A DNA stretch of 64,000 nt from assembly GCA_951406725.2 (NCBI GenBank), contig OX597816.1, positions 112,468,001-112,532,000 of the forward strand. The letters run 5' to 3'. The position numbers and the translations under genes are program-made. The stretch is from Octopus vulgaris. Taxonomy: Eukaryota. Under the pieces are notes generated by a model, which did not search any database, was not told the DNA's origin, and was given only the letters and a program-made list of their open reading frames with translations. Shown here piece after piece: positions 1-12,503 of this stretch; position 1 is the first letter of the stretch; every line of letters begins with the position of its first letter.

Positions 1-199
1 TTCCTCTGTACACTTCCCCCTGTACACTCTCCCTCCTGCACGCTCTCTCTTTCTCCTGCATGCTCTCTCTCTCCTGCATGCTCTCTCTCTCTCATGCACA
101 CACTCTCTCTCTCTCATGCACACACTCTCTCTCTCATGCATACTCTCTCTTTCTCCTGCATGCTCTATCTTTCTCCTGCACACTCTCTCTTTCTCTCTC
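1..199. repeat. (CT)n-derived compound microsatellite with recurring CTCCTGCA/CTCATGCA interruptions
   Basis: Repeated ~20-24 bp units such as tctctctctttctcctgcacac. Confidence 0.9.
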
Positions 200-204
200 A
201 AAAT

Positions 205-379
205 ATAGGACAGGCTTCTATGCAGTTTCTGTCTAATCCTTTCACTCACATGTCATTGGTCAGTTCTAAGGCAAGAGTAGAAGACACTTCCCCAACTTGT
301 TGCATAGCAGAACTGAAACCAAAGTACACAAAAGGCTGGTTGCAAATCTGAACTTCTTAACCACAGAACCATGCCTGCA
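205..379 (-). mobile_element. tRNA-derived SINE family A, head fragment
   Basis: Reverse complement matches the GCAGGCATGG..TGGTTAAGAAG..GGTTCAG..TGGGCAAGTGTCTTCTACT head seen at 61926 and 19067. Confidence 0.75.
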
Positions 380-1646
380 TTTATTTCTTTTAATTTTTAA
401 TATGATCAAGATATTCGAGGTTGTGCAAAACCGCTGTAACTTTATAAATTTTAGATTAAGCTTGTTTTAAGAAATGTTATGTGATCATTATACTATGAGA
501 TTTTTGATTGAGAATTTCATTTAAATATGAATACTTCAGTACGGATAATCTCTTAAGGACAGGCATTATAGAAAGGTTAAGTTGAAAACTTTACAATGAC
601 TTGACTTGTTCTGTCATTCAAATTGAAAATATGAGCTCCCAAACCTCATTTATGCAAGCCATCCAAATAAGGTATTTGTCTTGTAATTATTTTGAAGGCT
701 ACTATTATTATTATGACATGGAAAACATATGTTAGGGTTACAGTGCTTTTTCTCGCTCATTAGTGGGGTGTTTTTTTGTCTTGAAATAAAGAGTATTATC
801 CCTTAAATCATAATAATTTGATATTGTCATGTGCAATTGCATGCTACTTTTGTACTGCTTTAAGATATTTTAATTACCTAAAATTTAATCATTAATATAT
901 TATTCCAGCATTATCATTGACATTTGCATATTATTTGTGTGTATTCATTTGCCTGACTGGTTTATCTTTTCACCTCTCTTCATTTAACTGTGGATTAATT
1001 ACCAAGGTATGATTTTTTTTCTTTGTAGAGGTATTTTGTCTTTTATAGTGGTGAGCAAGTTTATAAAAAACATATGCTAATGTGATATGAGCAGTGATTT
1101 CAGTATTGTGTATCCATGTATGTGATTACATGCACAGGGGAGCATATATATGTATGATGGGAATTAGTAATTTGTTCTCAGTCATCTGTAATTAATCATT
1201 TCTTACAGAGGCACAAAACCCAGAAACTTTTAGCCATAACTTTGTGTGTGTGTGTGTGTGCATGATCATCATTTTGGTTTTAACATTGTTAGAACAAATT
1301 TAGTGAGACAGATTTTCCATGGCCATTTACCCTTTCCTGTGGCATAAATGCATGTGTGTGTGTGTTGTATGTAAATATGCATGTATATGAAGGGTGGAGT
1401 CCACAGTAATCCATAGGTAGGAGAGGTGCAGCTGGAGGGTAAAATGTCCAAAAGAGAATTCGTAAAGGGTAGAAAGGTAGAAAGTCCAGTGGAGAAGTCC
1501 GTGTGTGATAAGAAGTGACAGGGTCAACTGGTGCGACCACGTGAGCGTGATATATGGGGAGAATTCATGAATAAAATAAAAAATGAAGACAGATGGTGTA
1601 GAAAACAAACAGATGTATTAGTATAACGCTCAGGAATTGAAAAAGT

Positions 1647-1682
1647 CTTTTACATTTTGAGCCTATGCTCTTCTACAGAAAG
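1647..1682 (-). ncRNA. Decayed minimal type-I hammerhead ribozyme at a putative Penelope-like terminus
   Basis: Minus strand: cttt CTGTAGA a gagc-atag-gctc AAAA tg TA aaag. Stems I and II pair; GAAACG has become AAAATG, consistent with CpG decay. Confidence 0.5.
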
Positions 1683-1697
1683 GAACACAGAAAGAAG

Positions 1698-1985
1698 GGT
1701 GCATAGCCTAATGGTAAGGGTGTTATACCCATGATCATGAAATTGTGGTTTTGACTCTTACACTGGGTGATGCCCTATGTTCCTGACCTCACCTCATGTT
1801 CATTTATGATCCCTTCAACATCTGATGTCTGGCACACCATTGCACCTATACAAGCAATATATATTTGACCGAAGGAGTGAGCTAATGCACAGCACATACA
1901 TTTCATCACTATAAACAAATCATCTGTGCAAGTTGTTCAGTTAGAAATTTCAGAACCTTCATCTGTCATTTACAACAGGAGAGCC
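1698..1985 (+). mobile_element. Degenerate tRNA-derived SINE
   Basis: A-box-like GCATAGCCTAATGG and a decayed B-box GTTTTGACTC. Confidence 0.45.
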
Positions 1986-3675
1986 CGTGAGATGTATATG
2001 AGTGTGTTTGTGAAATCTTTGTATCTCTACCATAAGGCTTCATTTCCACACACGCCAGCTGAATTCAATTCGTCCCCAGTCAAAAGACACCTGTTGTTGT
2101 GTTCTATTTATATTATATTTATATTTGTGCAACATTGTCTGTTTTTCCGTCCTTGTTTTTGTATACATTCGATGCTTTCTTCTAAGGAATCTAATGCTCT
2201 TAGCTTAGTTTTTCCCTGGGGCTGGCCAGATTGGAGCAATCTCAAAATTAATCTGCCGAAATTGCAAGGATAATCTGGTTCTTGACTGAGGATAGAAAGC
2301 TTTGAATGACCTGTCCTTGTTTTTTTGTATCGTCTATCTGGATGTTTTGTTGTCCCTTTTTTGGGTCACCTAGTTGTCTGGATGTTTTGCGATCTTGTCC
2401 CATATTTGTATATATATATATATATATACATATATAGTGAATGGTAGCTTTATGCTGGTATGGGATGTAGCTTAGCAAAAATGTACCAAATAATATTAGG
2501 TTGATTGAACAATATTATTTATTGAAAGCTGAACCAGTGAATTCTTCCTTAGATTTCTTGTTTTCGCTTCTCGGGTGCTAGGCATTCTAACTTTTGGAGC
2601 TTACCTTTTAACCAATCCATCTGATGATGCTGATCAGCTTGCTGTGAAAAATTCTTTGTTATACACATTGGAAGTGATCATAAATGGGGAAATGAAAGAG
2701 AACTGTGAAAAGAAAAATAGAAAGAAAAAAAAAAGTAAATATAAAATTTGAGTGTGTGCGCGAGGAGAAAATAAATGTGAAAAGAAAAAGATTAGGAAGA
2801 AGGAAGAAAAGAAAAAAGACAGACCCACTAAGAGTACAAAAGAAAATAAAGGATAACTAGAAGAGGAAGAATAAGAATATTAAGAAGAGATGAGAAAGAA
2901 GAATGAGAAGCATATGCAGCAGGAAAATGAGAAGGTAAAAAAATGGTAAAGTGGGAAAGATAAAGGAAACAAAGGCTGCAAATTTGAATGGAAAGGTTGT
3001 TAGAATCGTTTGAGAATTTCAGAAAATTTCAATTAATTGACATTTATGGGTTCAGCAAATTTATGTGGCTGGATACATTTGACCAACTTGACCAATGGCT
3101 GAAGAAAGGAAGAATATAATTTAGGATGAGATGGTCAAAGTAGCATCCGTTTTAGGCTATCTGTTTTGATTAATGGATTCATATAATAGGTTTATATGTC
3201 AGAAGACAAGTAAGAAAGGGAAAAAGTAGTATATGTTGTATGTTATCAGATGAAAGCCATTATAGTATATGATAGAAAACTTGCCAAATAGCTGGACTTG
3301 GTGGAACAGTGTAGAAGCTGAAGCTAGCTGGATGCTAGTGGATTCGATGTAAGTTGGTTTAAGTGGGCTAGCAGAATCACAGTCTGCAAAGATCTGTCTG
3401 GTTTTGGAAACACTGGTACAGCAAAGAGTTCAAGGAGGTAGCTATATTCCTTACAATTACAATTACAGAGAAAGCTATCAAGGTTTGTCTGGTTGAGGAG
3501 GGTAGACCTGAGACTTGATACTAGTGGGATGTAAATAAAAACTTGATTAAGCCTAGCTGGGTTAATGTGAAAGATCAAAACTGCCCTACAACATTCAGAA
3601 ATATCACAGACGGTGAGTCCCCAATGATTTGTCTGGTGTATCGTGATATCTAACAAATCTCAATCTCTCTCTCTC

Positions 3676-3719
<44 letters not shown>

Positions 3720-3723
<4 letters not shown>

Positions 3724-3850
3724 TAATCCAAACATGAAAACACAGCAACACAAGGACGTGGAACAAGTATAGTGTTATTGGACACTCAGGAAAGGAAAGA
3801 AAAAAGGAGAATTTAATGTTTCAATTGGAGCTCTTTGTGAGAAACATAGG
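3720..3850 (-). mobile_element. Penelope-like terminal remnant with a decayed hammerhead (3811-3846), ending at (TA)n
   Basis: Minus strand: gttt CTCACAA a gagc-tcc-aatt GAAA ca TT aaat, then a ~90-nt tail sharing TCCTGAG(C/T)G..AATA with the tail after the 1647 motif. Confidence 0.4.
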
Positions 3851-4184
3851 CAAAGGGAAGATCCAAAGAAGGGAAGACGGAGGAAAAAAATCGCCATCGA
3901 TACACATGTGGTCACATATTGAATGACCAGAGGGGGATGGATGAAGAAAAAGTTCTTTCAAAGACAGGAGAGTGAAAGAGAAGGAGGTATGTGTGGGTAT
4001 GTACATGCATGCAGGTCTGTGTGTGTGTGTGTGGTTGTGGCTGTTAATCTATGTGTGTGGTTGGGCTTAGTATCGTTTAAGGTCATAGGAAGAATGATAG
4101 TAGAAATGACTCCTGTTGTGTCTCTACCTACCCATGTGCCCCTCCTCTCTGTTAGGAGGCACAGGCACTCATACACATACATAA

Positions 4185-4325
4185 TGGAAACTTCCACCTA
4201 CCAAATTCAATCGCAAGGCTTCAGTCAGCCCAAGGCTAGAGTAGAAGACACTTGCCCAAGATACTACACAGTGGAACTGAACCCAGAACCATGTGGCTGG
4301 GAAGCAAGCTTCCTAACCACACAAC
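4185..4325 (-). mobile_element. SINE family A head fragment
   Basis: agtagaagacacttgcccaag...gaactgaacccagaaccatgtgg...aagcttcctaaccacac. Confidence 0.75.
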
Positions 4326-4541
4326 TGAGGGTGAGAGAGAAATTTTGGTGAACACAAGTTTAACAAGTTTGTATCATTTGTTCACTATGTACATTTCACT
4401 ATTGTAGTTGTTTAGAGCAACAATGTTCTATATTCCTTGTGCAATTGAATGCGTAACCATTAGAGATCATCAGAATAATACTTTATTGTATTATCGTCTT
4501 GTTACAGAGGTCAACTATCTATATTTATAAACATATGCGTT

Positions 4542-4572
<31 letters not shown>

Positions 4573-7084
4573 TGCACTTGTAAAAGTGCATGTAAAATAG
4601 AAAGAAATAGCTTGGCAGACCATGATACAGATTATCATTTGGAATATTTTCATTTCTCTCACTCTTTCTGCTTTGCTGATAAATATTCTAATTATAGGGG
4701 ATCTATTTATCAACTCCCCTTCACGCCAATGTCTCCTTCATACATGAAATTTTCTCCCAAACATGTTATGAAGTTTTCCTTTGAATGAAATGTGATCTAA
4801 GCTCCTCTTATCCAACCTCTGCATGTGAAGTATGTACTCTATATGCTTGTTGCATCTGTTTTCAATCAGAAACACTCTTCTTGAAGATGCATTGTCACTG
4901 TAAGACATTCATTTAGCTTGCTCCAACTTGAACCTTCAAATACTGAAATTCCTCTTTTGTACAAACTTGTTAAGAAATATGCATGTATATACAATTATTC
5001 TAGTAAGTTTCATATATTCACAAATATGATTTTTATGTGTATAAATTTAAAATTATGTTTATTTATTTCCTTTTATATTTCAATTATTAGTCAATACATA
5101 TCTTGCTTTTAATATAATTTCAAGATATTGATAACTTTTGTAGTTTATTTCATTTTAAATTTGTAATTTGTTGAAAATGAATGCCAAACATGTTAAACTG
5201 TAGGAAAATAAATTGATTTCATGTTCCAACATTGCTTCAAGTAAAACTGCCGGTTGGATTCTGCAAAATTGAATCTCTTGCCTTGTACATGACTAAATAA
5301 AGAATGCATTTATATAGAAGTTTGACTTAATCTTAATTACAGTGAATAGATTAGAAACATAATTATAAAAGTTTATTTGATTTGTAACTGAGACTTTCAA
5401 ATTTAATGAAAGTAACTTATTTGATTATGATAAAATGTATTTAAAAAAATAGAGTAAGTTAGTATATGTTGTCAATCAAAACTATTCTGATTTAAAAGTA
5501 ATTCAAAGTGAAATATCTGTAAGATCTTTTGTAAATGAGGAGTGATCTTTAGTGTTGTGATCTTGGTGAACGACTATGAACATTGTCTTTATAATTATAT
5601 CAAATATTTTTAGTTAGATATTAAAAATCTTTATTTGTGACTATAATACTTTTGTAAGAATTTCAGTCTCTCAGGCCCAGAGCTTAGTAATTTTGTTCAG
5701 ACATTAAATAATTGAGGCACAATCTGCATGAAAAATCTTAGTGCTACCGTATTTAATGTATGGAGTACCATCATCATCAGCTAAAAAGCTAATTGTATCG
5801 AGTTAAACTTTTCATACACCTTGCATTAAATATGCATTGAAAGAATTAGCTTCTGTCTTCAGTGTCTATCTGAATGCTTAATCTATATTCAAGTTGACAT
5901 CTACACCCTAAAAGCAACATTGCTTCTCTGTTTCTTCTGAAAGAGAGCAAATCAAATCTAACATTTTTATTTTCTTATTTAGGATTTATTGTCTGAACAT
6001 ACTAATGTTTCCTATTAGTACTTACTCTGAAGATATTCCATCGAAATGACTTTCTCTTCATGTCTGTGTGTGTGTGTGTGTGTTTGAAAGACATAGATTG
6101 TTAAAATTACATTTGGAACTGAGAAACATTTCAGTGTCAGTTTTTATAAACCATAATATATTTTGTTGGAAATTATTCAATTTTGTCAATGGCTGGTTCA
6201 ATTGAATTCTTCCTTGAAGTGATACAAGTCTGTCTCTAAGAACTTCTCTTATAATTTGTAACATAATGTTGCTTTTACCTAAAGAAAGGAAATGATTACT
6301 TTCGAAGAGACACCACACTAGTTATATCTGCAGTAGAATTACTTATGTGACTTCTTTTCTAAGTTAGGCACCAAGTAATAGTGTTATCTTAAAGAAAATC
6401 TGCCAACATTACTTTAAATTAACTGGCATCAATTGCTGCAAGACTATGTGTTTTAAAGTTAAATTAAATCTAAAATTTTTACATTCAACAAAATTTATTA
6501 AACCAAGTCACTTTCATAAAATTAGTAAAATAATATTTTTGGTTTAAAGCACCAAAAGACTTGAATGAAAAAGTTTTTAGGTTTGACAGTCTTAGAATTA
6601 GAAGGAAATCTCTTGTTTATCACACTTTTCTCAGTAAATTTATAGTTGATGTCAGTTCGTTTGCCACTTTTAGGAGGGCATTTTGGTTTTGATAATGAAT
6701 TAATTGGTTTATTCTTCAGAATAGTTCTTTTGGTATAGTTATTTTTGTGTGTTTAAAATGAATGAAGTTAATACTGATATTCTGAATATGTTTTCATGAA
6801 TAGAATCTTCCATTCAGATAGAACCTAACTTCTCAGCAAAAATACAAGACTATGCCTCTAGTTTGGTTTTGATTATTGAAAATGAATTTTAGTTACTGAA
6901 AATATTCTGTGAAACAGCATCTTAAATTCGGGTTTATTTCTGTAGTTATTTTTCTATCCAGAGGGATTTTTAACCCAATTTTTATACACTATTATCTATA
7001 GCTTTATCTGCTTCAAACTTTCACTCTTCCAAAACAACAATTTTCACCTTATTGAAGTTTATAAGTTTGTATGATGTCAACATC

Positions 7085-7116
<32 letters not shown>

Positions 7117-7180
7117 ATGTGTGTAAGTATATATAGGTATAAGAATGTGTATTTATGTGTGTGTATGTGTATATATATAT

Positions 7181-7540
7181 CATCATCATCGTTTAACGTC
7201 CGTTTTCCATGCTAGCATGGGTTGGATAGTTTGACCGGGATCTGGGAAGCCAGGAGGCTGCACCAGGCTCCAGTCTGATCTGGCAATGTTTCTACCGCTG
7301 GATGCCCTTCCTAATGCCAACCACTCCGTGAGTGTAGTGGGTGCCTTTTACATGCCACCAGCACAGGTATCACATCTACAATTTCCATTTGATATTTATT
7401 TTGATGTTGATATACTTGACTCAATAGGTCTCCTCAAGCACAGCAGGTCACCCTACGAACCAAGGTAAACACAGCAGGTCGTTCTGCAATCAAAGGTACT
7501 TTGGAGGGGCTGGGGCTATGCGAAACTGGTGCAGGAAGCA

Positions 7541-7545
<5 letters not shown>
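7181..7545 (-). mobile_element. RTE 3'-tail fragment or non-autonomous derivative
   Basis: (CAT)n-CGTTTAACGTCCG..GCTAGCATGGGTTGG..GGATGCCCTTCCTAA is the reverse complement of the RTE 3' end at 21390-21576; flanked by (TA)n. Confidence 0.85.
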
Positions 7546-7603
<58 letters not shown>

Positions 7604-7650
7604 AGTGTATGTGTGTTTAAATGTGTGTATGTGTATATATATATATATAT

Positions 7651-7840
7651 TCTTTTATTTGTTACTCATTTAACTGCGGCTATGCTGGAATACCACCTTT
7701 AGTCAAGCAAATCAACCCCAGGACTTATTTTTTGTAAGTCTGGTTCTTATTTGGTCTCTTTTGCTGAACTGCTAAGTTATAGGGATGTCAACACTAGTTG
7801 TCAAGTGATGGTGTGGGTACAAACACAAACACACACACAT
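7651..7840 (-). mobile_element. SINE family A, 3' module
   Basis: Matches 17452-17650 (cttttacttgtttcagtcatttgactg..ccccaggacttattctttgtaag..gctaagttac). Confidence 0.8.
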
Positions 7841-7930
7841 ATATATATAAATGGAGTTAAATGCAGGTGTTATTCAAATATATGTTTACAATGGCTAAAC
7901 AGGTATCTCCAACTAGCAGGCCATGTTACA

Positions 7931-7971
7931 CCAGACTGATGACGAGCAAAGACTCAGAAACCAGTCTCTGG
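7931..7971 (+). ncRNA. Minimal type-I hammerhead ribozyme with intact core
   Basis: ccaga CTGATGA cgag-caaaga-ctca GAAA c-ca-GTC tctgg; stem I CCAGA/TCTGG; GUC cleavage triplet at 7964-7966. Confidence 0.75.
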
Positions 7972-8281
7972 GTGCAGGCTTAGCTGGGTGGAGGTGCTTA
8001 TTTCTCCCTTGTAAACATAAGGACACAGGAGATGTGCCAAGGCCAACAGGAAGCGTTGATGCTTCGTAGGGCTAAATAACAGAGGTGTGATTCTCTTCAT
8101 GGGACTGTTACATTAAGTTGATAGTATACAACTACTTTATCGTATCACTACTGCTTATATCTGTCTGAGATATTTAGAAATGTAATATTTCTATTTTTGT
8201 AATCAGTGGATTTATTTCACTAGAATTCTTATATGTTTACAATGGCTAGCCAGGCATCTCCAACTAGCAGGCCATGCTACT

Positions 8282-8322
8282 CCAGATTGATGATGAGCAA
8301 AGACTCAGAAACTAGTGTCTGG
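8282..8322 (+). ncRNA. Minimal type-I hammerhead ribozyme, mutated copy
   Basis: ccaga TTGATGA tgag-caaaga-ctca GAAA ctaGTG tctgg; C3>U and a GUG triplet predict inactivity. Confidence 0.65.
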
Positions 8323-8485
8323 GTGCAGGCTTAGCTGGGTGGAGGTGCTTGTCACCCCCTTGTAAACATAAGGACACAGGAGATGTTTCAAGGCTGACAG
8401 GAAGTGTTGATGCTTCCTAGGGCTAAATAGCAGTGGTGTGATTCCCTTCATGAGACTGTCACATTAAGTTGACAGTATACAACTA

Positions 8486-8521
<36 letters not shown>

Positions 8522-8544
8522 ATCTATATATATATATATATATA

Positions 8545-10415
8545 TCATCATCATCATCATCATTTAACGTCCGCTTTCCATGCTAGCATGGGTTGGGCGG
8601 TTCAACTGGGGTCTGGGGAGCCCGAAAGCTGCACCAGTCCAGTCAGATCTGGCAGTGTTTCTACAGCTGGATGCCCTTCCTAACGCCAACCACTCCGAGA
8701 GTGTAGTGGGTGATTTTATGTGCCACCGACACAGGTGCCAGACGAGGCTGGCAAACGGCCACGATCGGATGGTGTTTGTCATGTGCCCACTGCACTGACT
8801 ACAGCACTGATGGATTTCTTGTGTGCCACAGGCACTGGTACCACAAGATACAAATTCCATTGATGTTCATCTATTTTGTCTATTTGATTTGATTTGATTT
8901 GATTTTCACTTGCCTCAACCGGTCTTCACAAGTGTCACAAGAAGGAAGGTATGCACAGGTGGACTGACTAGTCTTGCCGGGTCTTCGGAAGGTTTGTTAC
9001 GTGCCCACAGCACGGAGGCCAGTCGATGCGGAACTGGCTACGGCCATGTTCGGATGGTTCTCTTGTGTGCCACCGGCACTAATTTCCACAAAGATACAGA
9101 TTCCATTGATGTTCATCTATTTTGATTTGTTTTGATTTTGATTTTCACTTGCCTCAACAGGTCTTCACAAGTGTCACAAGAAGGAAGGTATGCACAGGTG
9201 GACTGACTACGTCCCAGGTAGGGGCCATGGGTTATGGCCTGACTAGTCTTGCCGGGTCTTCGGATGGTGTTTTTATGTGCCACCGACACAGGTGCTAGAT
9301 GAGGCTGGCGAACGGCCACGATCGGATGGTGTTTGTCATGTGCCCACAGCACGGAGGCCAGTCGATGCGGTACTGGCTACGGCCACTTTCGGATGGTTTT
9401 CTCTTGTGTGCCACCGGCACTGGTACCACAAAGATACAAATTCCATTGATGTTCATCTATTTTGATTTGTTTTGTTTTGATTTGATTTTGATTTTGATTT
9501 TCACTTGCCTCAACAGGCCTTCACAAGTATCACAAGGAGGAAGGTATGCACAGGTGGACTGACTACGTCCCAGGTAGGGGCCATGGTTTATGGCCTGACT
9601 AGTCTTGCCGGGTCTTCGGATGGTGTTTTTATGTGCCACCGACACAGGTGCTAGATGAGGCTGGCGAACGGCCACGACCGGATGGTGTTTGTTATGTGCC
9701 CACAGCACGATGGCCAGTGATGCGGTACTGACTACGGCCATGTTCGGATGGATTCTTGTGTGCCACCGGCACTGGTACCACAAGCAGTACTGACTACTTT
9801 TTATGTGCCACCGACACAGGTGCTAGACGAGGCTGGCGAACGGCCACGACCGGATGGTGTTTGTTATGTGCCCACAGCACGATGGCCAGTGATGCGGTAC
9901 TGACTACGGCCACGTTCGGATGGATTCTTGTGTGCCACCGGCACTGGTACCACAAGCGGTACTGACTACGGCCACGTTCGGATGGATTCTTGTGTGCCAC
10001 CGGCACTGGTACCACAAAGATACAAATTCCATTGATGTTCATCTATTTTGATTTGTTTTGATTTTCACTTGCCTCAACAGGTCTTCACAAGTGTCGCAAG
10101 AAGGAAGGTATGTACAGGTGGACTGACTACGTCCCAGGTAGGGCCCACGGGTTATGACCTGACTAGTCTTGCCGGGTCTTCGGATGGTGTTTTTATGTGC
10201 CACCATGTTCCCACAGCACGGAGGCGAGTCGATGCGGTACTGGCTACGGCCACGTTCGGATGGTTTTCTTGTGTGCCACAGGCACTGGTACCACAAAGAT
10301 ACAAATTCCATTGATGTTCATCTATTTTGATTGATTTTCACTTGCCTCAGCAGGTCTTCACAAGTGTCACAAGAAGGAAGGTATGCACAGGTGGATCGAC
10401 TACGTCCCAGGTAGG
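8545..10415 (-). mobile_element. RTE-tail-derived non-autonomous element with nested higher-order tandem repeats
   Basis: RTE 3' tail at 8545-8740; block TTCACTTGCCTCA(A/G)C recurs near 8905, 9144, 9500, 10063 and 10337; many TGTGCCACC modules; (TA)n on both flanks. Confidence 0.85.
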
Positions 10416-10621
10416 ATCTATATATATCTATATCTATATATATATATATATAAAATTATACAAACGAGTGGACAAATAAAAGAAAAGGGTACTCAACACA
10501 TTTAGTAGGTGTTGCATGTATTATTCAAAGCAGTTTGATTTGGCTCCATATTGCTTAACGTTCCACATGCCTCTAACAGAAGCCTGTCTCTTTCAGGCTA
10601 GAGATTGCCAAATTGATATAT

Positions 10622-11020
10622 TCTTTTATTTGTTTGTCATTTGACTGCAGCCATGTTGGAGCACAGCCTTGAGGGGTTTTAGTCAGATAAACTGACTCCA
10701 AGACGTGTTTTTTAAACTTAGCCCTTATTCTTTCAGTCTTTTTTGCTGAATTGCTAAGTTATGGGGTTGTTAGCACACCAACACCCATTGTCAAGCAGTG
10801 ACGAGGAGTACAAGCAAAGATACACACACATAGATGTATACATATGTATATATATATACAATGGGCTTCTTTCAATTTCCATCTACCAAATCCACTCATG
10901 AGGCTTTGGTCAGCCCAAGGCTATAGTAGAAGACACTTGCCCAATCTGCAATGTAGTGCAACTGAACCCGGAACCATGTGGTTGGGAAGCAAGCTTCTTA
11001 ACACACAGCTATACCTGCAC
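10622..11020 (-). mobile_element. SINE family A, composite full copy (head, microsatellite, 3' module)
   Basis: Collinear with 17452-17850 and 61926-62330. Confidence 0.85.
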
Positions 11021-11041
11021 CTATATATATATATATGTGTT

Positions 11042-11084
<43 letters not shown>

Positions 11085-11504
11085 ATATATATATATATAT
11101 AAAGATATATTATAAAATAGATAACCTTTAAGCAAATAGGTTTCCTGATATTATAAAATATGCATATATAAATATGTGTGTGTATGTATATGTATATATT
11201 GTTATATTCATATGCTTATTCTGTTTCTAAACTGCATGTCAAGGTGTCTGACATATAACCAGTAATTTAAATCAGGCTCTAAATCAGAGTATATATACTG
11301 AAGTCAAGTGTGGGGCATATGTTATGAAATTAGTTATTTATAACATTTTTACATGCATCAGTGACCATTGTAAGACAGATTATGTAAGGATTTCCTCCTG
11401 TAATCCATCTTGCGATGGTTCCTGGCACATGCGTTAAGATGCCATAAATAAAAAATTCATAATATACTCTCCAGGTCTGATATTTGAATATATATGTTTA
11501 TGGA

Positions 11505-11720
11505 CACACACGTGCGTGTGTGTGTGTGTGTATATATATATATGTATGTATGTATACATTCATACATATATCTATGTGTGTGTGTATATGTATGTATGTA
11601 TACATTCATACATATATCTATGTGTGTGTGTGTATATGTATGTATGTATACATTCATACATATATCTGTGTGTGTGTGTGTGTGTGTATATGTATGTATG
11701 TATACATTCATACATATATC

Positions 11721-11751
<31 letters not shown>

Positions 11752-11832
11752 ACATTCATACATATATCTGTGTGTGTGTGTATATGTATATATATATATG
11801 CATACATGCATGTATATGTATGTGTATATGTA
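11505..11832. repeat. Compound microsatellite with a ~50-bp higher-order unit
   Basis: GTATGTATGTATACATTCATACATATATCT(G/A)TGTG occurs 5 times. Confidence 0.9.
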
Positions 11833-12080
11833 TTTCAACACTTGCATATCTCTACACATATACCCTTCCAAAAAATACTGCATGCACCATTTCTCCACTT
11901 TATGCCCATCTCAAAACTAGACACACTCCAATATGTGTACACATGCACACCTGTCCTTTCCTTTCTTCCTGACTGTCCCTCCCCTTAATTACCCTTCCAA
12001 CTGGCATTTTATCCTTTCCTGTTTTTTTTCTTTTTCTTTTTCAACCAATTTTCCTCTTTTGCATTCCTCCTCTTCTTTTA

Positions 12081-12111
12081 CTCCTTATGAAAGACTATCT
12101 CAAACATTGAG
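12081..12111 (+). ncRNA. Decayed minimal hammerhead remnant
   Basis: ctc CTTATGA a aga-cta-tct CAAA ca TT gag; stems I and II pair, core mutated. Confidence 0.4.
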
Positions 12112-12207
12112 ACTCTTTCCCTCCTTTTGATCATTAAACTAATACAATATTTATTAAAACGTGCCCCATAGGTGTTGTTTTTTTTTGTTTTTTTTTTTCA
12201 TTATAGT

Positions 12208-12351
12208 TTAATGTATGCAGTATATAATTATGATCTACTAACAGTTTCATGCATTAGGGAGTTTACTAGGCTTGTTATTAAAACTTCCCTAGAAAATACC
12301 TCCAATGTCTGAAACTATTAGCAGCTCATAACTATATACTGTGTACGTTAA
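12208..12351. mobile_element. Fold-back (palindromic) element, MITE-like
   Basis: ttaatgtatgcagtatataattatgatctactaacagtttca pairs imperfectly with tgaaactattagcagctcataactatatactgtgtacgttaa. Confidence 0.7.
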
Positions 12352-12503
12352 TCAGTATTTATCTCTTAACAGATGGAGTAATTCTGTCTTGATCTTACCT
12401 TAATTAAAAGTAAGCTATATACATATGTATATATATTTCAGAGTTTGAATGATTGTGTACAGGTAAATACATTAGTCAACAAAATTCACACATAATCCTT
12501 TAA

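Larger units (their letters stand above)
7879..8487 (+). mobile_element. Retrozyme-like tandem repeat, 351-bp period, ~1.7 units, one hammerhead per unit
   Basis: 7879-8136 repeats at 8230-8487; HHR motifs lie at the same offset in both units. Confidence 0.75.

Noticed and set aside
2210-2320. GGCTG..CTGCC-GAAA and CTGAGGA motifs in a repeat-like block
   Set aside because: The core halves are not in the right order or pairing for a hammerhead.
2600-2650. CTGATGA..GAAA hammerhead candidate
   Set aside because: No consistent stem I or stem III, and no UH triplet in register.
8545-10415. HDV-like ribozyme within RTE-derived modules
   Set aside because: Could not place the P1/P1.1/P2/P3 nested double pseudoknot or the catalytic C by eye; an RNAmotif/RNArobo search would be decisive.
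10550-10600. CTGAAAGA..GGAACGTT on the minus strand (possible HHR relic)
   Set aside because: Stem I does not pair and the core has indels; too degenerate to call.
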